Assembly (NCBI RefSeq): GCF_006345805.1 | Contig: NW_021835456.1 | Span: 1 to 62,556, forward strand | Length of the DNA stretch: 62,556 nucleotides | Origin: Octopus sinensis | Lineage: Eukaryota | Direction: 5' to 3' | Shown: piece by piece, positions 27,714-40,140 of the stretch | How the letters are laid out: each line of letters opens with the position of its first letter | Numbering within the stretch: the first letter of the stretch is position 1 | The notes under the pieces: generated by a model | Databases searched by the model: none | What the model was told of the DNA's origin: nothing | Seen by the model: only the letters and a program-made list of their open reading frames with translations | Made by a program: the position numbers and the translations under genes

Positions 27714-27817
27714 ATATAAAAATGGTAAGACATCAATAGAATGAAAGAGACCACGATATTATGTAAATAGAGGAATTTATCTGTAAATGTAATATGTGAT
27801 AATTATTCGGTAGCTAT

Positions 27818-27878
27818 GATAAAACTCCGAGTTTCGAATGCCGAGGTGAAAATCCACGCCGCCATCTCTTCAGTTATC
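27818..27878 (-). ncRNA. Type I hammerhead ribozyme, apparently intact, in a Penelope-like terminal repeat (~27715-27885)
   Basis: GAUAA-CUGAAGA-[GAUG-G-CGG-C-GUGGA/UUCAC-C-UCG-G-CAU(U)C]-GAAA-CUCGGAGUU|UUAUC: 5-bp stem I, canonical core, long stem II, minimal stem III, GUU cleavage site between 27823 and 27822. Confidence 0.85.
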
Positions 27879-27893
27879 TGGCAATCGGAAAAA

Positions 27894-27964
<71 letters not shown>

Positions 27965-27992
27965 GATCTATCTATCTATCTATCTATATCTT

Positions 27993-28054
<62 letters not shown>

Positions 28055-28498
28055 ATACAGAGAGAGAGAGAGAGAGAGATTTTCACAGCACACCATATAC
28101 ATGTAAACTAGAAATACTCTAATCAGGTTCGGGGTACATCTTCATTTAGTCAGTGATGTGCTCAACTATTATTTGGAAACTATTCAGGGCTATGACGAAT
28201 GTCTCCACGGAATAAATATAAACAACGCGAACAATGAATTTTAAATATGCTCGTATAAAGGAAAAACGTGCACACGTATCTCATTGTTAACTTCTGTGTA
28301 AACACTGAAGACTCGAGGGTGAACCACATTTACTGTTAGAAACAGTAAATGTGATCTCGGACCAGTCGGTTGACATGAATTAGTTGAAGGCCCAAGCGGT
28401 GAAGAAACGGTGATAGTCCAGTAGATATTAGTTTTGGGCAGTGGCAAAGAGATCCACAGGTGTTTGTTTTGATGGAATTTGTGTGCTTGGTTAAGACT

Positions 28499-28695
28499 GC
28501 GAGTTGGCAGAATTGTTAGAGCGCCGGGCGAAATGCTTAGCTGTATTTCGCCTGCTGTTACGTTCTGAGTTCAAATTCCGTCGAGGTCGATTTTGCCTTT
28601 CATCCTTTCGGTATCGATTAGATAAGTACCAGTTACGCACTGGGGATCGATGTAATTGACTTGATTCTTTTTCCTATCCTTGTTTGTCCCCAGCA
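28499..28695 (+). mobile_element. SINE family A
   Basis: gcgagttggcagaattgttag...gttcaaattcc...cctttcatcctttcgg. Confidence 0.88.
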
Positions 28696-28828
28696 TGACC
28701 TTAGTCGAATGACTGTCCAATTGCAAATAAAAGAAAAAGCATAAAAGATATACATACATAATTCGATTTTTGCCATCTCATCATACTGTGCTCCTGTATG
28801 TATGTGTGTATATATATATACATATATA

Positions 28829-28878
<50 letters not shown>

Positions 28879-29116
28879 CACATATACATATCTATCTATC
28901 CATTTATCTATATAGATATGTATGTATGTATGTATGTATGTATATTTAAAATAACAATAATTGAATAAACACGGCGGTGGAAGTGAGAGTGAGTGTGATT
29001 GATAGATAACAACAAATCAACGTGTTTATGTAGATATTCTACCTTAAAGGCGTTGTTTCCATGTCAAAATATCATTTTTAAGGAGATGAAGATCACAGAA
29101 CTTACGTGTTTGACTT

Positions 29117-29177
<61 letters not shown>

Positions 29178-29622
29178 TACGCTCATAAACAACCACTCAT
29201 AAACGTACACTCACAAAACGTCCACACAACCAAACATACACACACACATACACATGCGCAAACAAGCAAACTTGTTTGATATATGTATGTGCGTAAGTAG
29301 CCGCATGCATCTGCATATATACACACACATATATACATGCTCTTACGCACGTATGCAGAAGACATCCAAATATACATAAACATACATTTGCGCATGTATA
29401 TCAGTATTCATGCAAGGAAACACACGCGTGTATAAGCAACACATTTAACCATTTACATCCCGCCCCACAGACACACATACATACACACACGTACGTGGAC
29501 ACACATACACACGCACGTGCACATATATGCAGAAATACGCAAGCGCACGCACACATATACACGGAGAACGCTTACGTGCACACAATCATATGTGTGTGTG
29601 TGTATGTATGTGTGTGTGTGTG

Positions 29623-29658
<36 letters not shown>

Positions 29659-30620
29659 ATTAAAGATAACCTACACCGAGGGAGAAAAATGCATGTAGGA
29701 AAACAAAAAAAAAATATCTTTAAAAATTTCTGAATCAAAACGAAAATGGTTTAAAAAATACATGTTAGGGCAGATAAATGGAAAGAAAGAAAAAAAATGA
29801 TTGACACAAGTATGAGTAAGAGGAATGAAGGGGAGATTTTAAAAGAGAAAAAAATAGGGTTAGAAAAAGTCTCTGAAAACACGAGAGAATAAAAGGGAAA
29901 GCGAGTATTTGAAATATGTAGGACGACGAAAACGAGCAATAGGGTGAAGTGACGAGAGAGATACAAAGCTGGAGAAAGAAACTTATATATTGAAGTATGG
30001 TTGTAGAGAGTTATAAAATGAAGGAACGCTGCTGAGAGGGTGGATGGTTTTAATAGAAGAATAAGACTGTAGAACGAGCGGGGATTGCTCTGTGGTGAAG
30101 GCGTTTATGATATGTCAGAATGTTTAGGTGGTTTGCGAGAGATAATAGAAGTATGGAAGGGAATGGAAACAAAAAACTGGGTTGGATGAGTTAGGGATGG
30201 TGGAAATAAAAGGAAAGCGATAAAAAAAAAAGAAAAGCGAAATGAAAAAAAGAAGCAAAGTAATGAAAGCAAGTTGAGAAAAATTTGAAGGAGGATATTG
30301 ACATCCATGTAATATGATGTGATGCCGGATAAAGCATCGTTAGGGATGATGATGTATCATGTAAAATGTATAAATAACAAATGTTTATTTATTATTATAT
30401 GCATTTGCATATATATATATGCTCTTACATACATATGGCCAAACGCACATGCGTACATGCATGAAAGCATACGTACGTGTATGTGTCGTTATGCACATAC
30501 GCATACGACATATTAGCTGATGCGACCTGTGATTCAAATATACATGGAAGCCATATACTTACCTACAAACATACATATATATAAATATATATACATATAT
30601 ACATATACATATATATGTAT

Positions 30621-30664
<44 letters not shown>

Positions 30665-30831
30665 ATATTTATGCACACATAAATGCAAACATTATTCTGC
30701 ACATCAAAGATACTAAGTATTGAGATATATATAATATACAAATATACACATACCGTTCTTATATATATATATATTATATATATATATAATATACATATGT
30801 GTGTGTACAGAGAGAGAGAGAGAGAAAGAGA

Positions 30832-30872
<41 letters not shown>

Positions 30873-31084
30873 TCTACGGCCCCGTTCAAATAATTGTCAT
30901 ACTCCTGTCGGATGGATTAAACAACGCAACAAATATAAATATAATCACATTTAATGCATCGCGCCTCTTTCTATGAGCTCTTTATTGAGAATCAATAGAT
31001 CGCTTTTTAAGTGTGTTTGAAAAATATTGTTACACCTTCCAGCGTTGGTCTATATAACAAAGGGCAACATTCCCAAGGATTAAT

Positions 31085-31325
31085 GATGAAATTTTTAAGT
31101 ACGGTTTATATTAATAGATTGGTTTTCTTTGTTGATTTGTGACTGTCCTGTGGTTGAATATTGGAAACATTTTAAGCTTATGTAGGTTCATTTCTACAGA
31201 CAATGCAATATGTCTTCTTAAAGGAATTTTCTTGTATTTTCATAATTGATTTGCTGTCGATGAGCCGTCATTCGTTTACGTACTGATAGTTCAGTTTGCC
31301 TTAAAATAAACAGTTCAATATAGTG
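31085..31325 (-). mobile_element. Penelope-like GIY-YIG endonuclease relic
   Basis: LFILRQTELSVRKRMTAHRQQINYENTRK...RRHIAL...KMFPIF...YKPYLK, with frameshifts. Confidence 0.6.
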
Positions 31326-31465
31326 TTTCACATAATAAAGACAGAAGAAGAGAACGAGAGTTTAAAACATAGCAGAAACAAATAATTTTTAGCCATATGG
31401 TACTTCCGGCCTTCACAGTTTTTCTCAATTCTTGTCCAATTCCTTGAAATTGTTTTTAAAAATAG

Positions 31466-31739
31466 AAAACGTCCACGAAGTTAAACAGAAACAGATACAA
31501 TTGGAGGCAGGACACGCCTCCAAACAGAAGTTCTCACAATTAAGTGAGAAAAACAAACTGCTCTACCGCAGGCAGACCAAAAGCCCAGAATCCAGTGAGG
31601 ACTCCTTGCTTGTACAAAAAATAAATCTCACAAACAACGGACCCCACTGGACCCAAAAAGCAAAAAGTCTTACCTTACAGTAGAACCCCTTTCAATTAAA
31701 AGTTTCGTCCGCTGCACACCAGCGTGACGACTTCTACAG
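31466..31739 (+). pseudogene. Candidate 274-nt exon, phase 1 to 2, with one in-frame TAG (31681-31683)
   Basis: ENVHEVKQKQIQLEAGHASKQKFSQLSEKNKLLYRRQTKSPESSEDSLLVQKINLTNNGPHWTQKAKSLTLQ*NPFQLKVSSAAHQRDDFY; strong donor CAG|gtgagt; alternative NAGNAG acceptor at 31680/31683. Confidence 0.4.
31674..31733 (-). CDS. Candidate 60-nt symmetric phase-2 exon (SRHAGVQRTKLLIERGSTV)
   Basis: Acceptor cttcactcacctgtag, donor AAG|gtaaga, one open frame; overlaps the plus-strand exon candidate. Confidence 0.35.
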
Positions 31740-32122
31740 GTGAGTGAAGATCACTAAACGACCGGAACAGGAAGCGAGCATCTTACCACACAGTCATGCC
31801 TACATGATGCAATTTTGTCTTGCACACACACACATGCACACACACACACACACATGCTCACATACTCATACATATAACTGCAGTTATTCATTGTCGTATT
31901 CCCTGAATAAAGTTGAAAAATGCTAATAAGACCAAAACAAAAATGAGTAAACAAACCAAAAATTGATCTGAACTTTAGGAACTCTACACCAATTGACCGC
32001 AGTCGTGGTCAATTTTGTAGAATCTTCTGCGATTTCTGATTCTTCAGAACAGTTTTGAGTCGTTTTCCTTTTCTTTTTGTTTGTTTGTTCTTCTTGTTGC
32101 TGTTGCAGTTATTCTACTTCAG

Positions 32123-32181
32123 GTCAGTTTACATCATGCAGACCTGCAACGGGAGGTACTTGCATCGAAGCCTTGACGATG
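32123..32181 (+). CDS. Candidate 59-nt exon, phase 2 to 1 (SVYIMQTCNGRYLHRSLDD)
   Basis: Acceptor ttattctacttcag, donor ATG|gtatgt; joins in frame to the 31739 donor. Confidence 0.45.
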
Positions 32182-32249
32182 GTATGTTATAAATCGGTAC
32201 AGTTTACCTAGGTCTGTCTTATTCAGTGTTGTCATAAAGAGGAATCATA

Positions 32250-33420
32250 GTCGTCGTCGTCATCACCACCACCACCACCACCACCACCACAACTACCATG
32301 TTTATCATCGACATCGTCATCCTCATCACTTTATTCATTTTCATAATTATTCCCACCATTATCATCACCATCAACACTGTCACCTATACAAATCACCACA
32401 ACACTATCATCAACGTCATCGTCATGATCATGATCATGATCATCATCATCATCAACAACAACAACATTAGAAGCAGCAGCAGAAGCAGAACAAGAGCAAG
32501 GAAAATTAGTAGCTGCATCACTTGTCTCACTAACACCACACCACCACCACCACCGCCACCACCACCACCACCACCACTACCACCACCGCAACCAAAGCCA
32601 CCACCACCGCCACCACCACCGCCGCCACCACCGCCACCACCACCGCCACCACCAACACTGCTGCCACTACCACCATCAACGACAACAACATCAACTTTGT
32701 GCCAATCCTATTCAATACCATTCAATAGAAAAAAAAAACCCCAAAACAACACCAACAACAACAACGATAAAGATTTTAAAAAAAAAGCAGCAGACCTAAA
32801 ACGTATGTCACGCACCTGTTTGTACTTCATTGTCCAATCGTATGCAATCGATGAATAATCACGTGATATTTCATTTCACGAAGGGACTTGTTGCACCCAG
32901 TCGCAATCCGCCATCGAAACCACCGTCGAAACCATCAATACCATCACTACAAACGCCGGCGTCATCGCCGCCGCCACTACCACCGCAACCACTGCAACCA
33001 CCGCCACTACCACTACCACCACCATCACCACCACCACCACCACCACCACCAAGACAAGCACAATAGCAACATCCTCCACTAAGACCACCACCGTCACGAC
33101 ATCCACCGCAGCCACTACATCCGCCACTGCCGCCACTACCACCACTACCACCGCAACCACCGCCACTACCACCACCACCACCATCACTACTGCCGCCTCC
33201 ATATCCACCACCACAACAACGACCACCACCACATCCATAGCACCCCACCATCACCACTATCACCATTACTACCAAGATCACCAGCACGACCACCATAACC
33301 TGTATCATCACCACCACCACCACCACCACCACCACCATCCCGACTATAACACCCCTACCAACACCACCAACACCACCACGACAATCACTACCGTCACCAC
33401 CACCACCACCATCGCTGCCG
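32250..33420. repeat. CAC/CAT/CGC-rich trinucleotide tracts
   Basis: Visible directly. Confidence 0.9.
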
Positions 33421-33593
33421 CCTGACCATCCCTACCATCGTCGCTGTTACTCTTGTTCCTGTATTATGTTAAAAGGAAGCACGACAACGTTTCTAATAAA
33501 CCGGGATTAGAAGGTCTTGATCTTGTAGGATAATCACGTGATGTGTCACAATGAATGACATCATCAACTGTCATTGCTCCTCCCTCGTTCCCC

Positions 33594-33628
<35 letters not shown>

Positions 33629-33777
33629 CTTGCCTTTGTCTGTCTGTCAGTTTGTCTCTCTTTTGTTATTGTTTTATTAGGTGTATTGTAGCTAATTTTT
33701 TATTCTCAAATTTTGTTTTCTTTTTAATGGAAAGTTGACAACAATATGAACGGCAACGGCTGCGGCAGCAACAGCAG

Positions 33778-34080
33778 TGGAGGCGCAATGGCCCAGTGGT
33801 TAGGGCAGCGGAATCGCGGTTTCGATTCCCAGACTGGGCGTTGTGTGTGTATATTGAGCGAAAACACCTAAAGCTCCACGAGGCTCTGGCAGGGGGTGGC
33901 GGGGTGGCAACCCCTGTTGTACTCTTTCGCTCCAACTTTCTCTCACTCTTTTATTCCTGTTTCTTATCCCCGACTTCCTACGCAACCGCTGAGCCTGGTT
34001 GACCTGCTTTCTCTTCTGCGGGTCTTACGAATAGCAAAGGACCACGTTTCGGACTTCTCCCACTCTGGGACGAAGACTGC
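33778..34080 (+). mobile_element. tRNA-derived SINE family D
   Basis: tggcccagtggttagggcagcgg A box, gtttcgattcc B-box-like; same head as 6626. Confidence 0.82.
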
Positions 34081-34307
34081 TTTGCTCAACGGCAACAGCA
34101 GCAGCAGCAGCAACACCAAGACTAACAACAACGCTATCAAAGTGACAGCAACGTCAACGATAGCAAGGAAAGCAACAGTTACAACAAAGAAACAACGATA
34201 ACATCATCATCATCATCATCAACAGCAACAATGACAGCAACATCAGTGAAAGAAACATCATCATCATCATTAAAAGCAACAATGGCAACAACGTTAGTAA
34301 AGACAAC

Positions 34308-34530
34308 ATACTCTTTTACTTGTTTCAGGCATTTGACTGCGGCCATGCTGGAGCACCGTCTTTAGTCGAGCAAATCTGCCCCCAGGACTTATACTTTGTA
34401 AGCCTAGTACTTATTCTATCGGTCTGTTTTGCCGAACCGCTAGGTTACGGAGACGTAAACACACCAGCATCGGTTGTCAAGCGATATTGGTGGGACAAAT
34501 GCAGACCCACAAACATACACACACACACAC

Positions 34531-34621
<91 letters not shown>

Positions 34622-34782
34622 CGACGGTCTTCTTTCAGTTTCCGTCTACCAGATCCACTCACAAGGCTTTGGTCGGTCCGCCTCATTAGAAGAAGACACC
34701 CAAGTTGCAACACAGTGGGAATGAACCCGGAACCATGTGGTTGGTAAGCAAGCTACTTACCACACAGCCACTCCTGCGCCCA
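34308..34782 (-). mobile_element. SINE family B, full length with internal (CA)n(TA)n
   Basis: Head reverse complement gggcgcaggagtggctgtgtggtaagtagc at ~34780, tail at ~34310. Confidence 0.92.
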
Positions 34783-34804
34783 TCGCCATCACCATCATCT
34801 TTGC

Positions 34805-35933
34805 AATCTTCCTACACAAGCCTGACCTTCTTACGTCTAATAATAGCGATTCTGTGGCATTTTGTACAGACCATGCTATGTTGTTTTCTTCTGCTCTAAT
34901 GCTGCGTTCGCATCCAATAAATCCTCTTCCTCTTTTCTTGCTACATGCAGTCTGTCTGTGTCACTTTTTGGGTGGAGTGTCCCATATCTAGTTAGCAACT
35001 TCCTTGTCTAAGCTGTTTAGTTCGTCTACTGTCCATGCGATTACCCCTGCTCCATATTTAAAGAGTGAAACCGCCTAGGTGTTGATTGCTTCAATCTTAT
35101 TCCATTCGTTTAATTTCAAATTAAGAATCAGTCTCAGTCTGCGCAAGTACTCCACCTTAAACTTTTCTGTCATTTCTTTCTCCATCAATTTATCAATTTC
35201 CAAGATCCCCAAGTACTTATAGCCCGTCTCTTCTATCTGCTTCATAACCTCCCCCGACGGTACCGTTAGCCCGTTCATACATTTGGTTTTGCCTCTATTC
35301 AAGACTAACACACCACACTTTCTGAGTCCGAACTCCATTCTGATATCAGTACTGAAAGTATACACCGTCTCAACGAAGGAACTGACTTGGGCTTCATCTT
35401 TACCATAAAGTTTGAGGTCATCCATGGATAACAAAAGATTGACTTTTTGTTGGCGGCCTTTGAAGACATACCCAGCTTTTGCTTTCCTCAGAATCAGTAT
35501 TAGTGGTATCAAGCACAGTACAAAGATCAGTGTGGACAGGCAGTCTTCTTGGAAGATGCCCCTCCTAATTTCTGCTGTCCCTAAACTTCTTCCGTATGCT
35601 CTCAGGTCCGCCCTCCAATTGGCTATACTTTTTCCAAGCAGTCGCTCATCATTCAATGCAATACCAAATAGGTTCATACATTCTATTATCCAAGAGTGTG
35701 GGATCATAGCGTACGCCTTACGATAGTCGAACCATGGCATGGCTAAGTTACTTTTCCTCCTCTTGTAGTCTCTGAGTACAGTTTTATGTATCAGGAGTTG
35801 ATACTTGGTTCCTCTGCACTTACGCTTGCAACTCTTCTGCTCATATAGCAGGACTCCATTTTTTCCCAAATGTTCGTTCATTGACTCTGCGAGTAAGCCA
35901 GCCATTAATTTCCACATAAGTGCCAAACAGGAT
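34805..35933 (-). mobile_element. R4/Dong-type reverse transcriptase fragment (283-aa ORF 35075-35926)
   Basis: [58 protein letters not shown]; begins at a (TAA)n tract. Confidence 0.95.
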
Positions 35934-36331
35934 ATTATTATTATTATTATTATTATGGCCGTGAGCCTGGCAAGCGACGCTTGACCTCGCTCTATGAATT
36001 TTATAAAGAAAAATCACATAATAGTGTATTTGCACCCTTTAAGTTTATAACATCGTGGTCAACAAGTTATTTGCTGTTGAGTGGTGAATTTATTTTCCTA
36101 TTTCGCCCTACTAGCTTTGGGGGACAGGTTAATCGTTTCTGTTTTTTAAAATCAAAATTGTTTGCCTTTTCCCCACCAACATGGAGAAAACAGAAAACAC
36201 GGTGACGCTCATATGTGAGAGAGGGGGATAAATTGAGAAGCGTTACCAAGCGCCAATGAGAGAGGCTGCATGCGTGCGAGGCGACTTCGGTCTGAAAGAC
36301 AAAGCAGACAATAGTCGTGTTTTTTCTCAAG

Positions 36332-37197
36332 GAAACGAACTAGAGGGACAACGGAGCCAATGTTTTCAATGAAGATCACTCAGAGGATCATTTGAAAAGC
36401 AAAGGCTCTGTCCTTAGCAATATTTTTCGAGGGGAAAACATTAGCTTCAAGAGTGTAAGCGGTGAAGGCCCTTCCGTGAGCGAGGCAGCAGATGACTTGG
36501 CTGCAAATAACAGCAACAGCAGCAGCAGCAACAACAACAACATTATCATCAACAACCACAACAAAAACAATAACAAAGGTGACAGCAGGAACAACAAAGC
36601 CAACAGCGGCAACAAAAGCAACAACAACGACAAAGACAATGAAAGAGCTAAGACGCAAACCGCTACAACGGCTTGGAAAAGCCTTTCAAAGCTTTCTTTA
36701 GTTGGAGTAGCTAAATCCTCTCTCCAGAAAATACAATTCTCAGAAGAAACACTGAAATATTCTAGATAGCTGGACGAGAAAGATGGACTTGCTGTAGAGT
36801 TGAATATCCCACCCGAGACAATTCAAGCTACGATACGTCGCACAGTGACGTACCCTACAATCGGGTTAAAATCAAGGAATATGGAAAGAGCCACAGATGC
36901 TCAAATACAAGTTTTAGGTTCGTTTGGAATCAAAAGAAATAGATACAGAAAGGAAAGGCCTATCGAATGATGGACGTTCGATTCCACACCGAAGAAACCA
37001 ATATCAATAACATGAATGAAAATTGTCAAGCAGCAGCGCAACAGAAACAATCGCCCTCAAGTAAAGTGCACCTTGCCCGCATCCAGTACGTCCATTACTT
37101 GAATCTTCCAACTGTGACCATGCTAGTGAGAGAACCTCGTCGTAGTCGTTCAGAGCTAAAAGTCATAGCGGACAAATTTCAGTCAAATCAGATATGA
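36332..37197 (+). pseudogene. Coding-like segment with an Asn-rich insert, interrupted by a probable -1 frameshift (36345-47), TAG 36767-69 and TGA 36968-70
   Basis: Acceptor gtgttttttctcaag; DNGANVFNEDHSEDHLKSKG...NNNN...FSEETLKYSR*LDEKDGLAVELNIPPETIQATIRR...; a 76-aa frame follows; product unidentified, weak death-domain resemblance only. Confidence 0.35.
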
Positions 37198-37270
37198 TTT
37201 TTTAAAACTGTTTGTTTAAAAAAAATGGGTTAACCAAAGTTGAGATTCCTCTCTTCGTGTGTTTGCACGA

Positions 37271-37550
37271 CAGGTACTTATTTTAACGTTCCCGAAAGGA
37301 TGAAAGGCAAAGTAGACCTCGAAGGAATTTGAACAGAGAATGCAAAGACGGACGAAGTGCCGCTAAGCATTTTGCTGGTGGTACGCTGAGCGGAATGCTT
37401 TGCGGCATTTCGCCTGTCTTTGTGTTCTGAGCTCAAATTCCGCCGAGGTCATCCTTTCAGGCTCGATAAAATAAGTACTAGTGAAGTATTAGGGTCGATG
37501 TAATCAACTTACCCTCTTCCCCCGAAACTGGGAACCTAATGCCAAAATTT
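37271..37550. mobile_element. Two SINE family A fragments in inverted (head-to-head) orientation
   Basis: Minus copy 37271-37380, plus copy 37388-37550. Confidence 0.8.
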
Positions 37551-37943
37551 GAAATTAATATTAAAACCCCAACTGCACTATGCCCTTAATATAGACGAAG
37601 CAGTCGAGCACTCATTTGACCTCTTTCTCATGCTCCTATACAATATTTATCTTAACAATGTTTCTTTTTCCTCAACCTGTAGCACGACCTACTATTTCAA
37701 CAACCCAGGGCCTTTACCCCACCGATTTTTCTGTCTTCTCGAAACACAAAAACTTTGCAAACAAAGGCTTCAAACTGGCTACTGTATACGCTAATCCCTC
37801 CACGTGACAATATAGGCATACATACACATGTTGACCAAGAAACGCGCGCGCAAACAAACAACATGCCATCACATCTATTGTCTAGCATTCTTGTTGCGCA
37901 TGATATAAATTCCTTCCAGTCAGCAAGATACGTCCCCGCTCAC

Positions 37944-38050
37944 CTCATTTTCTACTACCATTTTTACTTCCGGTCTCCATTGTTACCTCTGTTTCCGGAT
38001 GCATTTTTTTAAATGCAAACAAACGCCGAGATCTTTGTCTTCTTCTTTTT
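37944..38050 (-). promoter_or_regulatory. Candidate promoter / first exon with an ETS site
   Basis: Minus strand ACCGGAAGT (37966-37974), additional CCGGAA, AAAATGG, and strong donor GAG|gtgagc at 37944/37943. Confidence 0.3.
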
Positions 38051-38703
38051 CTCAATCTGTCGCCGGAACACTAGGCATTTTCCTTTCCTCGTGTAAACTA
38101 CATTTATTTCAACTACCAGCATCGTCTTACACATATACGCACGCACGCACGCATGCGCAATCACATGCACACATTTATGGATGTACATATGAGTGTGTGT
38201 ATGTATGCATTCACATATTTATACATGTGCGTGTATGCATGTATATATAGTTATCTGTGTGTATGGATGTATGTACGTATATGTGTGTGTATGCATGTAT
38301 ACATATGTATGCATATATACTATAACTAATGCAAATATATTAAAATACGCTTCAATATAGTCATACATATCCATACAACACACACTTACACACACTTTCC
38401 TATGCAGTATGACGTCACTAAAAACAATAAACAAGCGAACGGTGGTGAGGATGTCCATGGGACAAATATTAAAAATATTTCACACGAGCCAACAGAAAAA
38501 AAAAACATAGGTGTAACTAACGTCCCAATGAGATATTCTGATAGAGAGCAAACACAACAGGCTTGACATAGTTCTTTCAGCCCCCCCCCCAAAAAAAGAA
38601 AAGAAAATATTATGCCTAAAATTGTATAAAGTGTTTACTGTTGCCCAACGAGTATTAACATTTCGTTCGAGCTTAGGACAAAGAGAATCCTGCTAGATCT
38701 TTC

Positions 38704-39087
38704 CCTGAGTGGCTGTGTGGTAAGTAGATTGCTTACCAATCACATGGTTCCGGGTTCAGTCCCATTGCGTGGCACCTCGGGTAAATGTCTTCTACTATAG
38801 CCTCGGGCCGACCGAAGCCTTGTGAGTGAATTTGGTTGACGGAAACTGAAAGAAGCCCGTCGTATATATATGTATATGTTTGTGCGTCTGTGTTTGTCCC
38901 CAACATCGCTTGACAACTGATGTTGGTGTGTTTACATCTCCGTAACTTAGCGGTTCGGCAAAAGAGACCGATAGAATAAGTACTAGGCTTACAAAGAATA
39001 AGTCCTGTGGTCGATTTGCTCGACTAAAGGCGGTGCTCCAGCATGGCCACAGTCACATGACTGAAACAAGTAAAAGAGTAAAAGAGT
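38704..39087 (+). mobile_element. SINE family B, full length
   Basis: gagtggctgtgtggtaag head to the gtaaaagagtaaaagag tail. Confidence 0.92.
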
Positions 39088-39199
39088 ATGTTATATATTT
39101 ACATTTGGTTCCATAACCGCTAGCATATTTGATTGAAAGCGGTGGTTTTTCAAGTAAACTGAGCGTTTGAAATTCAGTCACAAGGTGAACTATTTTGGG

Positions 39200-39383
39200 A
39201 GAGGCGCTCAGTCGATTACATCGACCCCAGTGCTCAGATAGGTACTTATTTCATCGACCGAAAAAAAAAAATGAAAGACAAAGACGACTGCATCGGAATT
39301 TAAACTGAGAACATAAAGACGGACGAAAATGTCGCTAAGCATCTTTATCCGGCGCGCTTACGACTCTGCCGGCTCACCGCCCT
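39200..39383 (-). mobile_element. SINE family A, diverged
   Basis: gtcgattacatcgaccccagtg...ctctgccggctcaccgcc. Confidence 0.8.
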
Positions 39384-39599
39384 CTTTTCCAGTTACAATA
39401 AGAGAAATCATTTAAACAGAGTTCCGAAATCCGCAACATCTTGCGCGGATTATGATACATTTACGATAAATCTAATTTGCATCTGCTTCTGTAATGTGGT
39501 TGTTTGTCATTCTTCTTGGACTGTTCGGATTGAGTTTTAATTGAGTTTTCAAATCTGCTATTAGCCTGCATCGTTATATTTACAAATGCACGTCCAGTA

Positions 39600-40140
39600 A
39601 ATTAATGGATCTACGTTCAACGAATATATTGGTTAGGAATCTTCTCTATATAATTTGCTGGGTAACGTTACGAATGTAATGTAAGGAATTTAAATCACTG
39701 CACATATAATTAATATGGTTCTGGATATGACAAGTTAAGGAGGGCGCCTTTTGTCGAGTATGACATAAGCACTTTACATAAGAAAAGTGTATGAGAAGAA
39801 GAGAGGAAAACTCACTGATACGATCGATATAGATTCCAATGGATGTTTTATGACTCGATGGTAAGGCTGAATTTGCTAGTCTTTTTATAATTGTTAACTC
39901 TTCTTCTAGAAACTTCGACCAAACTGTTTAGCGGCAAAACTCGTATATTTCCTTTGTGGAGTGCCGCACTAACCATAAGTGTTGATTGGTCGAGTCATAT
40001 TCTCGTAAGCGTTCATACCGTTTTACAGCAACGCTTTTCTATTATGGAACTATAGTACTTTCTAATTCGAGGCAAGGAAAATTCGAGAGCTATTATTCAA
40101 ATCTCAGGCGAAGACTCGCTACGCTTTCATAGTCGTTGAC
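39600..40140 (-). mobile_element. Possible highly decayed Penelope-like RT relic
   Basis: Short motif-like pieces only (KFSLTIES, INY..IRNV..RRFL). Confidence 0.3.

Noticed and set aside
28160-28450. Possible RT relic (LHGININN...) and a 10-bp hairpin CATTTACTGT/ACAGTAAATG
   Set aside because: Similarity too weak to support; an isolated hairpin is expected by chance in AT-rich DNA
38390-38417. 28-nt minus exon that would bridge phases 1 to 2
   Set aside because: Its donor lies in TG-rich simple sequence, where GTAAGT arises by chance; selecting it would be cherry-picking
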